Part shown: positions 1 through 8,733 of the stretch, piece by piece | Numbering within the stretch: position 1 is the first letter of the stretch | Layout: every line of letters starts with the position of its first letter | Source: an uncultured bacterium | GTDB lineage: Bacteria > CAIJMQ01 | DNA: 42,909 nucleotides | Direction: 5' to 3' | Assembly: GCA_964573245.1 (NCBI GenBank) | Contig: CAZNJA010000006.1 | Coordinates: forward strand, 1 to 42,909 | Translations under genes and position numbers: made by a program | Notes under the pieces: model-generated | The model's input: only the letters and a program-made list of their open reading frames with translations | The model's database searches: none | What the model was told of the DNA's origin: nothing

Positions 1-1466
1 TTATTTTGCTTATTGACTTTTTCCCTTTTTAGTGGAGCAATAATACATACATCTGTTTCATCGGGTCTTTTTACTATCCAATCAGGTTGCCCGCCTTGAT
101 GAACTGTATTCGGCGAGGCAGGCTTGCCCTGAAGAACTTTATAAATATCTTTTCTTGAATATACATTTTTTGAACCCACCAATTTGAGTATTATCTTTTC
201 TAAATTCTTTGGTTTTTCAATATTGAATTTCTTTCCAGTTAAAGAAGCTTTTTTACTCATTGGCTTATACACCGGCGCTTCAGTAATTAAACTGGCAGGT
301 ATATCAGAATACACCATATTTTTATCTCTCATAATAAATCTATCTTCTTTGATTACCTTTCCTATTACAGCGGCTTTGCCTCCATGTTTTTTGAATGCTT
401 TATCCTTTTGAAAAATGCCCAGAATAATTTTCGTGGCTTTTTCCGATGCTATAATCATATTCCTTTCTTGATCTTCACCAACCGCCAAAGCCAGAGGGGC
501 CACTTGTAGTCCCTTCGGTATAGGAACCTTGTTCGTATATATTTCAATACCATACCCTCTCACAGCAACCTGTTCTACGGTGGAACAGGTTAGACCGGCG
601 GCTCCCATATCCTTCAATGATATATCGGAGAATAGCTTTTTTCTCCTCAGCTCTTTTTTTACTTTTTCCCAAATATTAAATGTGGCTTTTTCCAATAAAG
701 GGTTTGAACCGAACTCAATTTCTTTGCTCTTGCCTTCTTCAAATGCTTGGGAAGCGAATGAAGCCCCGCCGACAGCAGCGCCTGCAGTCGGCTTTCCAAT
801 ATAAATAAGATTATAGCCGACAGCACTCTTTGCAACAATATTGGGTATAATCTCATCTTTTTTCACTATACCTAAAGCTGTTACATTCATAAGACAATTA
901 TGTTTAAAAGAATCATCAAAATATGTATCAAGAGCTATCAAAGGTAGTCCCATAACATCACAATATTCCGAAGCTCCTTTCATTGAATCTTCCAGAATAT
1001 CTTTTGAATTAGGTTTTTCTTTGGGGCCATATCTTAGAGAAGCACCAACGCCCAGATTGACCGCGCCCATTGCAAATATATCTCTTATAACCCCACCTAC
1101 ACCGGTAGCGGCTCCATCAAAAGGGTTTATCAGAGTCGGGTGGTTGTGGGACTCTATCTTGAAAATTGCACAGTAACCACTATCCGGAATTTTAACAGCG
1201 CCCGCATCACTTTTTTCGCTCCTGAACACATATTTGCTTTCTCTAATAAGCTCCTTCAGTTTGTTTTTCGAATGTTTGTATGAACAATGGTCAGACCAGA
1301 GACTATCTAATATATACGCCTCTGTTATACTCAATGGCTTCTTTGCTCTCTTTTGAGCTCCTCTAAACTCAGCAATCGTAAGACCCCACCCATTTTCTTT
1401 TTTAATCTTTTTGAATTCAGAATCAGGCATTCCCAAGAAATCAAAATTTTTGTGATCATTTAACAT
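1..1466 (-). CDS. purL: Phosphoribosylformylglycinamidine synthase subunit PurL (5' part; runs off the window edge)
   Basis: Not in the ORF track. Manual translation from ATG 1466 gives MLNDHKNFDFLGMPDSEF...LWSDHCSYKHSK...SDAGAVK...FKIESHNHPTLINPFDGAATGVGGVIRDIFAMGA...DMGAAG, which are PurL hallmark motifs. A purine-rich RBS (GGGGGTAG) lies upstream. Confidence 0.93.
   Translation of the reverse strand, partial: MLNDHKNFDFLGMPDSEFKKIKKENGWGLTIAEFRGAQKRAKKPLSITEAYILDSLWSDHCSYKHSKNKLKELIRESKYVFRSEKSDAGAVKIPDSGYCAIFKIESHNHPTLINPFDGAATGVGGVIRDIFAMGAVNLGVGASLRYGPKEKPNSKDILEDSMKGASEYCDVMGLPLIALDTYFDDSFKHNCLMNVTALGIVKKDEIIPNIVAKSAVGYNLIYIGKPTAGAAVGGASFASQAFEEGKSKEIEFGSNPLLEKATFNIWEKVKKELRRKKLFSDISLKDMGAAGLTCSTVEQVAVRGYGIEIYTNKVPIPKGLQVAPLALAVGEDQERNMIIASEKATKIILGIFQKDKAFKKHGGKAAVIGKVIKEDRFIMRDKNMVYSDIPASLITEAPVYKPMSKKASLTGKKFNIEKPKNLEKIILKLVGSKNVYSRKDIYKVLQGKPASPNTVHQGGQPDWIVKRPDETDVCIIAPLKREKVNKQN
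87..122 (-). repeat. In-frame palindromic insertion in purL (PASPNTVHQGGQ)
   Basis: Minus strand reads cctgcctcgccg-aatacagttcatcaa-ggcgggcaa (36 nt). Its ends match the CCTGCC...GGCGGGCA family. Confidence 0.6.
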
Positions 1467-1553
1467 ATCTACCCCCTTTTTTGCATTTTGAAATTCCTAT
1501 GCCTCAAAAAACTCTTCTGCTTTTTTAAAATGGAACCCATAATTTAAAAGTGC

Positions 1554-1583
1554 ATTATATCCTTAAACCATGGTTAAAAGCAA
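1554..1583 (-). promoter_or_regulatory. Putative sigma70 promoter of purL
   Basis: TTGCTT-N18-TATAAT on the minus strand; perfect palindrome AACCATGGTT (1566-1575) lies in the spacer. Confidence 0.5.
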
Positions 1584-1593
1584 CGCAGCAGGA

Positions 1594-1622
1594 TTGCATT
1601 TTCATGTTTTTTGTGATAATCT
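1594..1622 (+). promoter_or_regulatory. Putative sigma70 promoter of the nusA operon
   Basis: TTGCAT-N17-TAATCT with a TG extension. Confidence 0.4.
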
Positions 1623-1712
1623 TTCAGATTTGGGGCATAAGTAAGTTAGTTAGGAACCGGAAGCTCCGATTAGAGATCTAATTCCCAATTAAATTACTAA
1701 ACAGATAAGAAA

Positions 1713-2942
1713 ATGAAAAGTGAATTTTTAGCGATTCTTGAATCCTTAGGGAAAGAAAAGGGGTTAAATAAAGAAATCCTTATAGATGCGGTGAAAGACG
1801 CTGTGCTTTCTGCTGCAAAGAAGAAATTTGGCGAATCAAAGGATATTTCCGTAATATTTAAGCAGGATACAGGAGATATCAGAATTGTTATCGATGGCCA
1901 AGACAAACCATTAGGAGATTTGGGAAGAATCGCTGCACAGAGCGCCAAACATATTATTACAAAGGAAATCCGCCAACATGTAAGCGAGAAGGTCTATGCC
2001 ACTTATCAATCCTATATTGGACAAATTCTAACAGGCAGGGTAGAAGCGATGGACGGCCGTGACTTTATTGTTGAATTGGGAGAAATTGACGGATTATTAC
2101 CAAGGCAGGAATGCCTCCCGCAAGACAATTTCAGAATTGGAGATAATGTCAAAGCATACTTATTTGAGATAAAGAGGGAAAGGAATTTTGCGCCTTTACT
2201 ATTTTCACGCACTCATCCGCGTTTTTTGGAACAATTATTTAGGATTGAAGTCCCTGAAATCAAGGAAGGTACAATCTCAATAAAAGCGATAGTGAGAGAA
2301 GCAGGTCATAGAGCAAAGATTGCTGTAGAAAGTCACATGAAAGACGTTGACCCTGTAGGCACTTGCATCGGGCTAAAAGGCGAAAGAGTCAGGTCTATAA
2401 CCCAAGAACTTAATGGCGAAAAAATAGATATTATCCCCTATGACAAGGATATAAAAGTATTTATCACTCGAGCGATGGCTCCAGCGAAAGTTTTGGATAT
2501 ACAGATTTTCGAAGAAGATAAACCTGCCCGTCTTACAACAAGCAGGCAACCATTTGGTAGGGTGCGTATTATAGTGGAAGACGACCAGCTCTCCCTGGCC
2601 ATAGGTAAAAAGGGCCAAAACGTCAGATTGGCAGCAAAATTAACAGGATGGAAACTGGATATAAGAAGTAAGACGCAAGCAGAGAAAGAAAAGAAGTTCA
2701 CGCCTAAGGAAATAGAGAAAGAACTTACCCAACTTCCCAGTGTGGGGATAAAAATGGCTAATTATTTAGGAAAAGCCGGTTTTATCACGATAGAGGACAT
2801 AGCCAAGTCTAAAATAGAAGATTTATTAAATATTCCGGGTATGGGAGAAGTAAAAGCGGCCCAGATAATAAGTAAATCCAAAGAAATTGTCGGAAATAAG
2901 CCCTCCGGAAACAAAGACGCTACAGCGGAGAAGACCAAATGA
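1713..2942 (+). CDS. nusA: Transcription termination/antitermination factor NusA
   Basis: GRIAAQ motif, S1 domain, REAGHRAKIAV, DPVGTCIG, LSLAIGKKGQNVRLAAKLTGWKLDI, and a C-terminal HhH-like region. Confidence 0.98.
   Translation: MKSEFLAILESLGKEKGLNKEILIDAVKDAVLSAAKKKFGESKDISVIFKQDTGDIRIVIDGQDKPLGDLGRIAAQSAKHIITKEIRQHVSEKVYATYQSYIGQILTGRVEAMDGRDFIVELGEIDGLLPRQECLPQDNFRIGDNVKAYLFEIKRERNFAPLLFSRTHPRFLEQLFRIEVPEIKEGTISIKAIVREAGHRAKIAVESHMKDVDPVGTCIGLKGERVRSITQELNGEKIDIIPYDKDIKVFITRAMAPAKVLDIQIFEEDKPARLTTSRQPFGRVRIIVEDDQLSLAIGKKGQNVRLAAKLTGWKLDIRSKTQAEKEKKFTPKEIEKELTQLPSVGIKMANYLGKAGFITIEDIAKSKIEDLLNIPGMGEVKAAQIISKSKEIVGNKPSGNKDATAEKTK
2523..2561 (+). repeat. In-frame degenerate palindromic insertion in nusA (PARLTTSRQPFG)
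   Basis: cctgcccgtcttacaacaagcaggcaaccatttggtagg has the same layout as the copy at 20775-20802 and adds about 12 aa to a KH-domain loop. Confidence 0.6.
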
Positions 2943-4894
2943 AAAGACCCCTTTATGAACTTGCCAAAGAACTCGGTTTACCTTCAAAAAAACTCATCGA
3001 AGAAATAAAAGGGTTAGGTATTGCTGCAAAGAGCCACATGAGCACATTAAGCGAGGAAGAGTATGAACTCGTGAAAAATCTTTTTCTTGAAGAAAAGGGA
3101 AAACCTTCAAGCCCTGTTGTTTCAAAAACAAGCAAAAAGAAGATTCCTAAGATTTGTGAGGGGATAACTGTAAGCAAGCTTTCGGAACAAATCGGGCTAA
3201 GTTCCGCTGAATTAATAAAAAAACTGATTAAAATCGGGATTATGGCTAATCTTAACCAGCCTTTGACGAGGTCTGAAATAGAAATTACAAGTAAAAATTT
3301 GAATTTAAATATAGAAATTGTCGGAGAAGAAGTTATTCCCAAAAGTAAAGGGAAAGCCAAAGCGGTGCAGGATAGCAAAGGCAAAAAAATACGACGCCCT
3401 CCGGTTGTTGTTGTTTTAGGTCATGTTGACCACGGAAAAACAACGCTTCTTGATACCATAAGCAAAAAAAGGGTAGCGGAAAAAGAAAAGGGTAAAATCA
3501 CACAACATATTGGGGCTTCAACCGTCAATTTAAGTGATGGAAACAAAATAATCTTTCTTGATACTCCCGGACATGAAGCTTTTACCAGTTTAAGAGCCCG
3601 TGGTTCTCAAATAACCGACATAGCCATTTTAGTAGTTGCCGCAGACGACGGTGTCCAACCCCAAACCAAAGAAGCCATTGACCACGCAAAAGCCGCCAAA
3701 ATACCGATAATTGTGGCGATAAATAAGATAGACAAAAAAACTGTAAACCCCGAAAAAGTAAAAACACAGTTGCAATCTTTGGGGCTTGTTCCCGAAGAAA
3801 TGGGAGGAACAACTCAATTTGTCTATGTTTCAGCCTTACAGAACGTCGGGATTGACAAACTTTTGGAAGCAGTTCTTTTAGAATATGAGATGTTGGAATC
3901 TTTTACCGATGTCGAAGGACATGCCAAAGGCTATATTATCGAAAATAGAATGGACAAGGGCAAAGGTCCTGTAGGGACTTTATTGATAGAATCGGGAATT
4001 CTTAAGGTCGGCGATTGTTTTGTGTCTGGCAATACTTTCGGCAAAGTCAGAGCGATGATTGACGACTATGGCAAAAGTTTAATAGAAGCGTTGCCTTCTT
4101 CAATAGTAGAAGTGGCAGGCTTTTCTTCTCTTCCCACTTCAGGAGACGATTTCCAAGTAGTGAATAATGAAAAAGAGGCAAGGGAAATCGTGAGCAGGAA
4201 AAATATTCAACAGCAAAATGCCAAAACAAAAGAAAAGGCTGTCTTTACGCTTGAAGGTTTGCAAGAACAATTGGGGAAACAAAAAACGATTGAACTGCGA
4301 TGTATTATTAAAAGCGATGTTCAAGGTTCTCATGAAGCGTTGAAACAGGTTTTGGAGCGACTTAGCAGCCAAGAGGTGAATTTAAGCATAATTCATCAGA
4401 GTGTAGGTAGCATCAATAGTTCCGACGTGCTTCTTGCAGGAGCTTCCCGAGCGATTATCATCGGGTTTAATATCGGCGTGCAGAGTTCCGTACAAAAATT
4501 GGCTATGGAAAAAGGAGTTGAGATACGGTTATATGATATTATTTACGACGCGATAGACGATATCAAAAAAGCTATGGAAGGAATGCTTGGACCTAAGATA
4601 GAGGAAATTCTTATAGGCAAGGCAGAAATAAAACAGGTTTTTTCCAATTCAAAAGGCAGGGTTGTGGCAGGAGCACAGGTAACAGACGGGAAAATTACAA
4701 TTAAGGGTGCAAAAATACGCGTTTTGAGGAATAAGGAAGAACTCTATAAAGGCAGATTGGATTCCCTGCGCAGATTCAAAGACAATGTCTCAGAAGTGAA
4801 GCAGGGATATGAATGCGGATTGAGCATTGCGGATTTTAAAGACTTGCAGCCGGGGGATATTGTTGAAGTTTACACTCTACAGAAACTTAAATAA
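2939..4894 (+). CDS. infB: Translation initiation factor IF-2
   Basis: GHVDHGKTT, DTPGHEAF and NKID GTPase motifs; C-terminal SLRRFKDNVSEV..GYECG. Confidence 0.99.
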   Translation: MKRPLYELAKELGLPSKKLIEEIKGLGIAAKSHMSTLSEEEYELVKNLFLEEKGKPSSPVVSKTSKKKIPKICEGITVSKLSEQIGLSSAELIKKLIKIGIMANLNQPLTRSEIEITSKNLNLNIEIVGEEVIPKSKGKAKAVQDSKGKKIRRPPVVVVLGHVDHGKTTLLDTISKKRVAEKEKGKITQHIGASTVNLSDGNKIIFLDTPGHEAFTSLRARGSQITDIAILVVAADDGVQPQTKEAIDHAKAAKIPIIVAINKIDKKTVNPEKVKTQLQSLGLVPEEMGGTTQFVYVSALQNVGIDKLLEAVLLEYEMLESFTDVEGHAKGYIIENRMDKGKGPVGTLLIESGILKVGDCFVSGNTFGKVRAMIDDYGKSLIEALPSSIVEVAGFSSLPTSGDDFQVVNNEKEAREIVSRKNIQQQNAKTKEKAVFTLEGLQEQLGKQKTIELRCIIKSDVQGSHEALKQVLERLSSQEVNLSIIHQSVGSINSSDVLLAGASRAIIIGFNIGVQSSVQKLAMEKGVEIRLYDIIYDAIDDIKKAMEGMLGPKIEEILIGKAEIKQVFSNSKGRVVAGAQVTDGKITIKGAKIRVLRNKEELYKGRLDSLRRFKDNVSEVKQGYECGLSIADFKDLQPGDIVEVYTLQKLK

Positions 4895-4981
4895 ACAGAT
4901 AACAGGTGAAGGGTTTTCAATTATATTTCTATCTTGTTTCTGACATTTGAATTACGACTCCTGTCATCTGATTCCAAACCA

Positions 4982-5290
4982 ATGGTAGTAAGCATTCTAC
5001 TTATTCATCCCCGCCTGCTAATCTTTGGCGGGCAGGTTTATTCGCCCAATAGCGATTCTTTGAAATCAAAAAGACAGATTATATTAAGCCTCAAAGCCCG
5101 AGTAAAAAATACATTTAATATCTCTATTTCAGAAATAGACCTTTTAGATTCTTTGAAAGAATCACACTTAGGGGTTAGTTGCATAAGCAATAGTGGTAAA
5201 CACATAGACAGGAAACTGTCCTATATTGTAAAGAAAGTAAATTCTTATCCAAATGTCAAGATCATAAATTACTCCACCGAAAAAATATAA
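4982..5290 (+). CDS. DUF503 (YlxP-like) protein
   Basis: MVVSILLI...SLKSKRQII.SLK.RVKN.FNISISEID; conserved position between infB and rbfA. Start revised to ATG 4982. Confidence 0.85.
   Translation: MVVSILLIHPRLLIFGGQVYSPNSDSLKSKRQIILSLKARVKNTFNISISEIDLLDSLKESHLGVSCISNSGKHIDRKLSYIVKKVNSYPNVKIINYSTEKI
5010..5036 (+). repeat. 27-bp in-frame palindromic insertion in the DUF503 gene
   Basis: cccgcc-tgctaatcttt-ggcggg-cagg. Removing it restores MVVSILLIHLYSPNSDSLKSKR. Nearly identical to the reverse complement of 20775-20802. Confidence 0.8.
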
Positions 5291-5294
5291 AAAA

Positions 5295-5648
5295 ATGAAA
5301 ACCAGACGTTCTTGTCGAATATCCGAAGCAATACGAAGGGAAATTTCCACTATGCTTCAAAGAAAGGAAATAAAAGACCCAAGAATAGGCTTTATAACAA
5401 TTGTCGGTGTTGACGTTTCCAATGATTTAAAAGAAGTTGAAGTATATGTGACTCATTATGGCAGTAAATCTGACAGGGAAAAAAGCCTTGCAGGTTTAAA
5501 AAGTGCAACAGTTTTTATTGAAGGTGAAATAGGCAGAAGACTTCGCCTGCGATTTGTTCCGAATATAAAGTTTTCTTATGATGAAAAAGTAGAAAAGACA
5601 ATAAATGTCCTGAAAATTATAGATTCATTTCATGAAGACGAAAAATAG
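5295..5648 (+). CDS. rbfA: Ribosome-binding factor A
   Basis: IKDPRIGFITI..VDVSNDL, LKSA..FI, LRLRFVPNIKF.YD; located downstream of infB. Confidence 0.97.
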   Translation: MKTRRSCRISEAIRREISTMLQRKEIKDPRIGFITIVGVDVSNDLKEVEVYVTHYGSKSDREKSLAGLKSATVFIEGEIGRRLRLRFVPNIKFSYDEKVEKTINVLKIIDSFHEDEK

Positions 5649-6789
5649 CAATACAGACACAGATATTATTGAAAAAGGCGGTAAATGCTATTGGTATTTT
5701 TGGCATATGGGAAACGAAGGGGCAAGAGGTATATTAGAAAATGTTTTACTTTTTGTTTTGAAAGGTTTATCCCCTATTTATTACGCGGGTTTTTTAATCA
5801 GTCGCATTTTAAGAAAAAAAAGTAAATGTTCGAAATATCCTGTTATAAGTGTAGGCAATTTAACATTGGGCGGGGCAGGGAAAACGCCTTGTGTGGAATT
5901 TCTTATTAAAAAACTTTTGGATAAAAAAAGGAAAGTCGGATTGCTGACTAAAGGATACGCGAGAGAAGATAAAGGGGACAAAAAGATTATTTCTTCAAAA
6001 ACAAAAGAAGCTTTTGCAGCTAAGGATATTGGGGACGAACCGTATCTTTTCTTTAAACATTTCCCGTCGGTCCCTATTTTTATTTCTCAAAACAGGGCAA
6101 AAAGTTTATCGGATGCCGAAAAAAAACAAGAATGCGACGTATTTATAATGGATGACGGATTTCAGTATCCTTATCTCGGAAAAGATTTAGAAATCCTTCT
6201 TATAAATAAAAGAAACCCTTTCGGCAACGGCTCACTTTTTCCTGCCGGTTTTTTACGGGAGCCGATTGGTTCGGTTAAAAGGGCTGACTTGATAATATTG
6301 ACTCATGCCGATGAACAAGCTGATGAAGACGCAAATACGAGAAAGACATTTTCTATGCTATTTAAAAAAGCGCCGCAAATTCCGGTCTTAGAAAGCATTC
6401 ATAGGCCACTATATCTTAAGGATTACACAAAGGACAAGAAATATCTGCCCAAAGAGTTTTCAAGCAAAAGATTTCTGTCGCTTTGTTCTTTGGCTGACCC
6501 GCTTTCTTTTGAAGAATCTCTGAAAAAAATAAACCTTAAACCTGTCAAAAAAGTGCGTTTTCCCGACCATTACATCTACAAAAGCAAAGATATTGAGTGG
6601 TTATCTTTCCTTGCTCAAAAAGATAATGTTGAGTTCATTTTAACCACTGAAAAGGATTGGGTAAGATTTCCCAAGGGATTTAAAACATTGGTTCCTACTC
6701 TGTGTTTAATTATGGATTTTAAAATAAACACTGGGGAAGATATAATTGACAATCTTATCGGAAAAATCCTAAAAAGGTATAACACATGA
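5632..6789 (+). CDS. lpxK: Tetraacyldisaccharide 4'-kinase
   Basis: PVISVGNLTLGGAGKTP, GDEP, DDGFQ, PAGFLREP, FPDH and LTTEKD motifs. Start uncertain. Confidence 0.96.
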   Translation: MKTKNSNTDTDIIEKGGKCYWYFWHMGNEGARGILENVLLFVLKGLSPIYYAGFLISRILRKKSKCSKYPVISVGNLTLGGAGKTPCVEFLIKKLLDKKRKVGLLTKGYAREDKGDKKIISSKTKEAFAAKDIGDEPYLFFKHFPSVPIFISQNRAKSLSDAEKKQECDVFIMDDGFQYPYLGKDLEILLINKRNPFGNGSLFPAGFLREPIGSVKRADLIILTHADEQADEDANTRKTFSMLFKKAPQIPVLESIHRPLYLKDYTKDKKYLPKEFSSKRFLSLCSLADPLSFEESLKKINLKPVKKVRFPDHYIYKSKDIEWLSFLAQKDNVEFILTTEKDWVRFPKGFKTLVPTLCLIMDFKINTGEDIIDNLIGKILKRYNT

Positions 6790-7406
6790 AAAAACAAGGC
6801 TTTTTTATAACATTTGAGGGAGGAGAAGGTTCAGGCAAATCCACACATGCCGATTTACTAAAAGATTATCTTCAAAAAAGAGGATTTGAAGTTGTCCTTC
6901 TTCGCGAACCGGGTGGAACAGGCACTGGTGAAAAATTGCGAGAAATACTACTTAGTAAAAGTAATAACATCTCTCCTATTACAGAACTTTTGCTTTTTCT
7001 TGCCTCGCGCAGAGAACTTGTGAAGGAAGTTATTCTCCCTTCTTTGGAAGATGGCAAAATAGTTATATGTGATAGATTCATGGATTCTACAACAGCTTAT
7101 CAAGGATATGGGCGGGGAATAGACCTGAAGTTAGTCTTAAAATTAAATAAATTAGCTGTGGAAGAAGCATATCCCACCCTTACATTCGTTTTGGATACCG
7201 ATAATCTTTTGGGATTTAAGTTAAAAGGGGACGATAGAATTGAAATAGAAGACAATTCTTTTCATAGAAAGGTAAGAAAAGGGTATTTGGAAATAGCCAA
7301 AAAAGAACCCCAAAGAGTGAAAATAATAAAATCAAAAGGTGAAATACCCGAAATTCAGGAACAAATTAGAACATTAATAGATAAATACCTGAAGAAAAAT
7401 TTTTGA
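6786..7406 (+). CDS. tmk: Thymidylate kinase
   Basis: FITFEGGEGSGKST, REPGGT, CDRFMDSTTAYQGYGRG. Confidence 0.98.
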   Translation: MKKQGFFITFEGGEGSGKSTHADLLKDYLQKRGFEVVLLREPGGTGTGEKLREILLSKSNNISPITELLLFLASRRELVKEVILPSLEDGKIVICDRFMDSTTAYQGYGRGIDLKLVLKLNKLAVEEAYPTLTFVLDTDNLLGFKLKGDDRIEIEDNSFHRKVRKGYLEIAKKEPQRVKIIKSKGEIPEIQEQIRTLIDKYLKKNF

Positions 7407-7546
7407 ATTTTGATTTGCCCCGTGGAATTTAAAGAATTCCAGGGATTAAGTCCCCGCAATCTTTCAGATTGCAGGGGATATATTTGATTTTTGATATGTA
7501 TTTTTAATATTTTAACGAAAACCGAACACCGATAACCGAAAACCGA
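7401..7546. repeat. Composite intergenic repeat: two palindromes embedded in heptamer arrays
   Basis: ccccgtggaatt..aattccaggg (7418-7444); tccccgcaatct-ttc-agattgcagggga (7451-7478); TTTTGAT-like 7-mers; then accgaac/accgata/accgaaa/accgag (7514-7546). Confidence 0.7.
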
Positions 7547-7555
7547 GTGTAAAAA

Positions 7556-8671
7556 ATGTCTTTCAACGATATTATTAATCAGGAAATAGCTAAAACAGTC
7601 TTGAAGTCCGCAATAAGAGAAAATAAAATTCATCACTCTTATCTTTTCTTTGGACCCGACGGCTCCGGCAAAAGAAACACTGCTTTGGAATTTGCAAAAG
7701 CATTGAATTGTCTTGCTCAAAAAGACAGCGAGCCGTGTGACAGTTGTTCTTCTTGCAGGAAAATTGTAAAAAACACTCATCCTGATGTCATGTGGGTATC
7801 TGCCTCAGGAGCAAAACAAATAATTGGAATAGATGCGATAAGAGAAGTGGAGCACTTTACACAACTTAAATCCCTTGAAACCAAATATAAAGTTGTTTTA
7901 ATAGAAAGGCCTGAAAAGTTGACAAAAGAAGCAGGAAATTGCTTTTTGAAAACGTTAGAAGAACCGCCTCGCGACGTTGTTACAATTCTCTTAACCGCTT
8001 TCCCCAATAAAATTCTTCCCACTATTGTTTCTCGCTGTCAAAAAATTAAATTTTTTGCTTTGAATCTGTCAGAGGGGTTAGAAATAGTCAAAAAGAAATT
8101 TAACATAGAAGAAAATGAAGCACATATCCTATATTTTGTTTGTTCTGGCAAGTTTAAATGGATACAGTTGTGGGTAGAAACAGAACTTTGGGCTTTAAGA
8201 GAGAAAATTTTCAACGTTTTCATAAAACAAGAGGAAAAAGATTATAATATGCCTTTGAAGTTGGCCGAATACATAATGGAAATAATTTCAAATTTTGCAG
8301 ACAAGGTCAAAAAAGAAAAACAGGATAGGATTGATGAATTCGGGAAAGATTTGTCTTCCTCGCAAATTAAAAATATCAAGGCTTTAAAGCAAGCGGAGAC
8401 AGAAGGATTGAAAAAGGAATTGATAAAAATAATTTTTTCCATTGCAAAAAGTTTCTATGCAGATATTTTTTCTATCAATTACGATGCAGGCTTTATAATA
8501 AACAAGGATAAAGAAACTTTTCTTCGTAAGAAAGCAAAGGATTTTTCGCATTCCTATTTGAATAACGCAATAAAGAGAATTGAAAACGGCGATGCTTGTT
8601 TGAATTTGGGCGCAAATTTGCAACTTGTTTTTCAGGTTATGTGCATCAACTTGTTTTGCAGCGAGAGATAA
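7556..8671 (+). CDS. holB: DNA polymerase III delta' subunit
   Basis: HSYLFFGPDGSGK, C..C.SC zinc module, HPDV, LKTLEEPP, LPTIVSRCQ; tmk-holB-PSP1 synteny. Confidence 0.95.
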   Translation: MSFNDIINQEIAKTVLKSAIRENKIHHSYLFFGPDGSGKRNTALEFAKALNCLAQKDSEPCDSCSSCRKIVKNTHPDVMWVSASGAKQIIGIDAIREVEHFTQLKSLETKYKVVLIERPEKLTKEAGNCFLKTLEEPPRDVVTILLTAFPNKILPTIVSRCQKIKFFALNLSEGLEIVKKKFNIEENEAHILYFVCSGKFKWIQLWVETELWALREKIFNVFIKQEEKDYNMPLKLAEYIMEIISNFADKVKKEKQDRIDEFGKDLSSSQIKNIKALKQAETEGLKKELIKIIFSIAKSFYADIFSINYDAGFIINKDKETFLRKKAKDFSHSYLNNAIKRIENGDACLNLGANLQLVFQVMCINLFCSER

Positions 8672-8698
8672 TATAAATTAAGATAACCTTTAACGGAA

Positions 8699-8707
8699 TG
8701 CTATACT
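8699..8707 (+). promoter_or_regulatory. Extended -10 promoter upstream of the PSP1 gene
   Basis: TGcTATACT, 26 nt upstream of ATG 8734. Confidence 0.4.
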
Positions 8708-8733
8708 ATTAAGCGTAATAGCGGGGTAGAGAA

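Noticed and set aside
184-1176. Small + strand ORFs
   Set aside because: They are antisense to purL.
1467-1553. Purine or ZTP riboswitch in the purL leader
   Set aside because: No recognisable aptamer consensus by eye; an Infernal/Rfam scan would be needed.
7514-7546. Possible CRISPR-like array
   Set aside because: Units are 7 nt with no spacers, and no cas genes are present.
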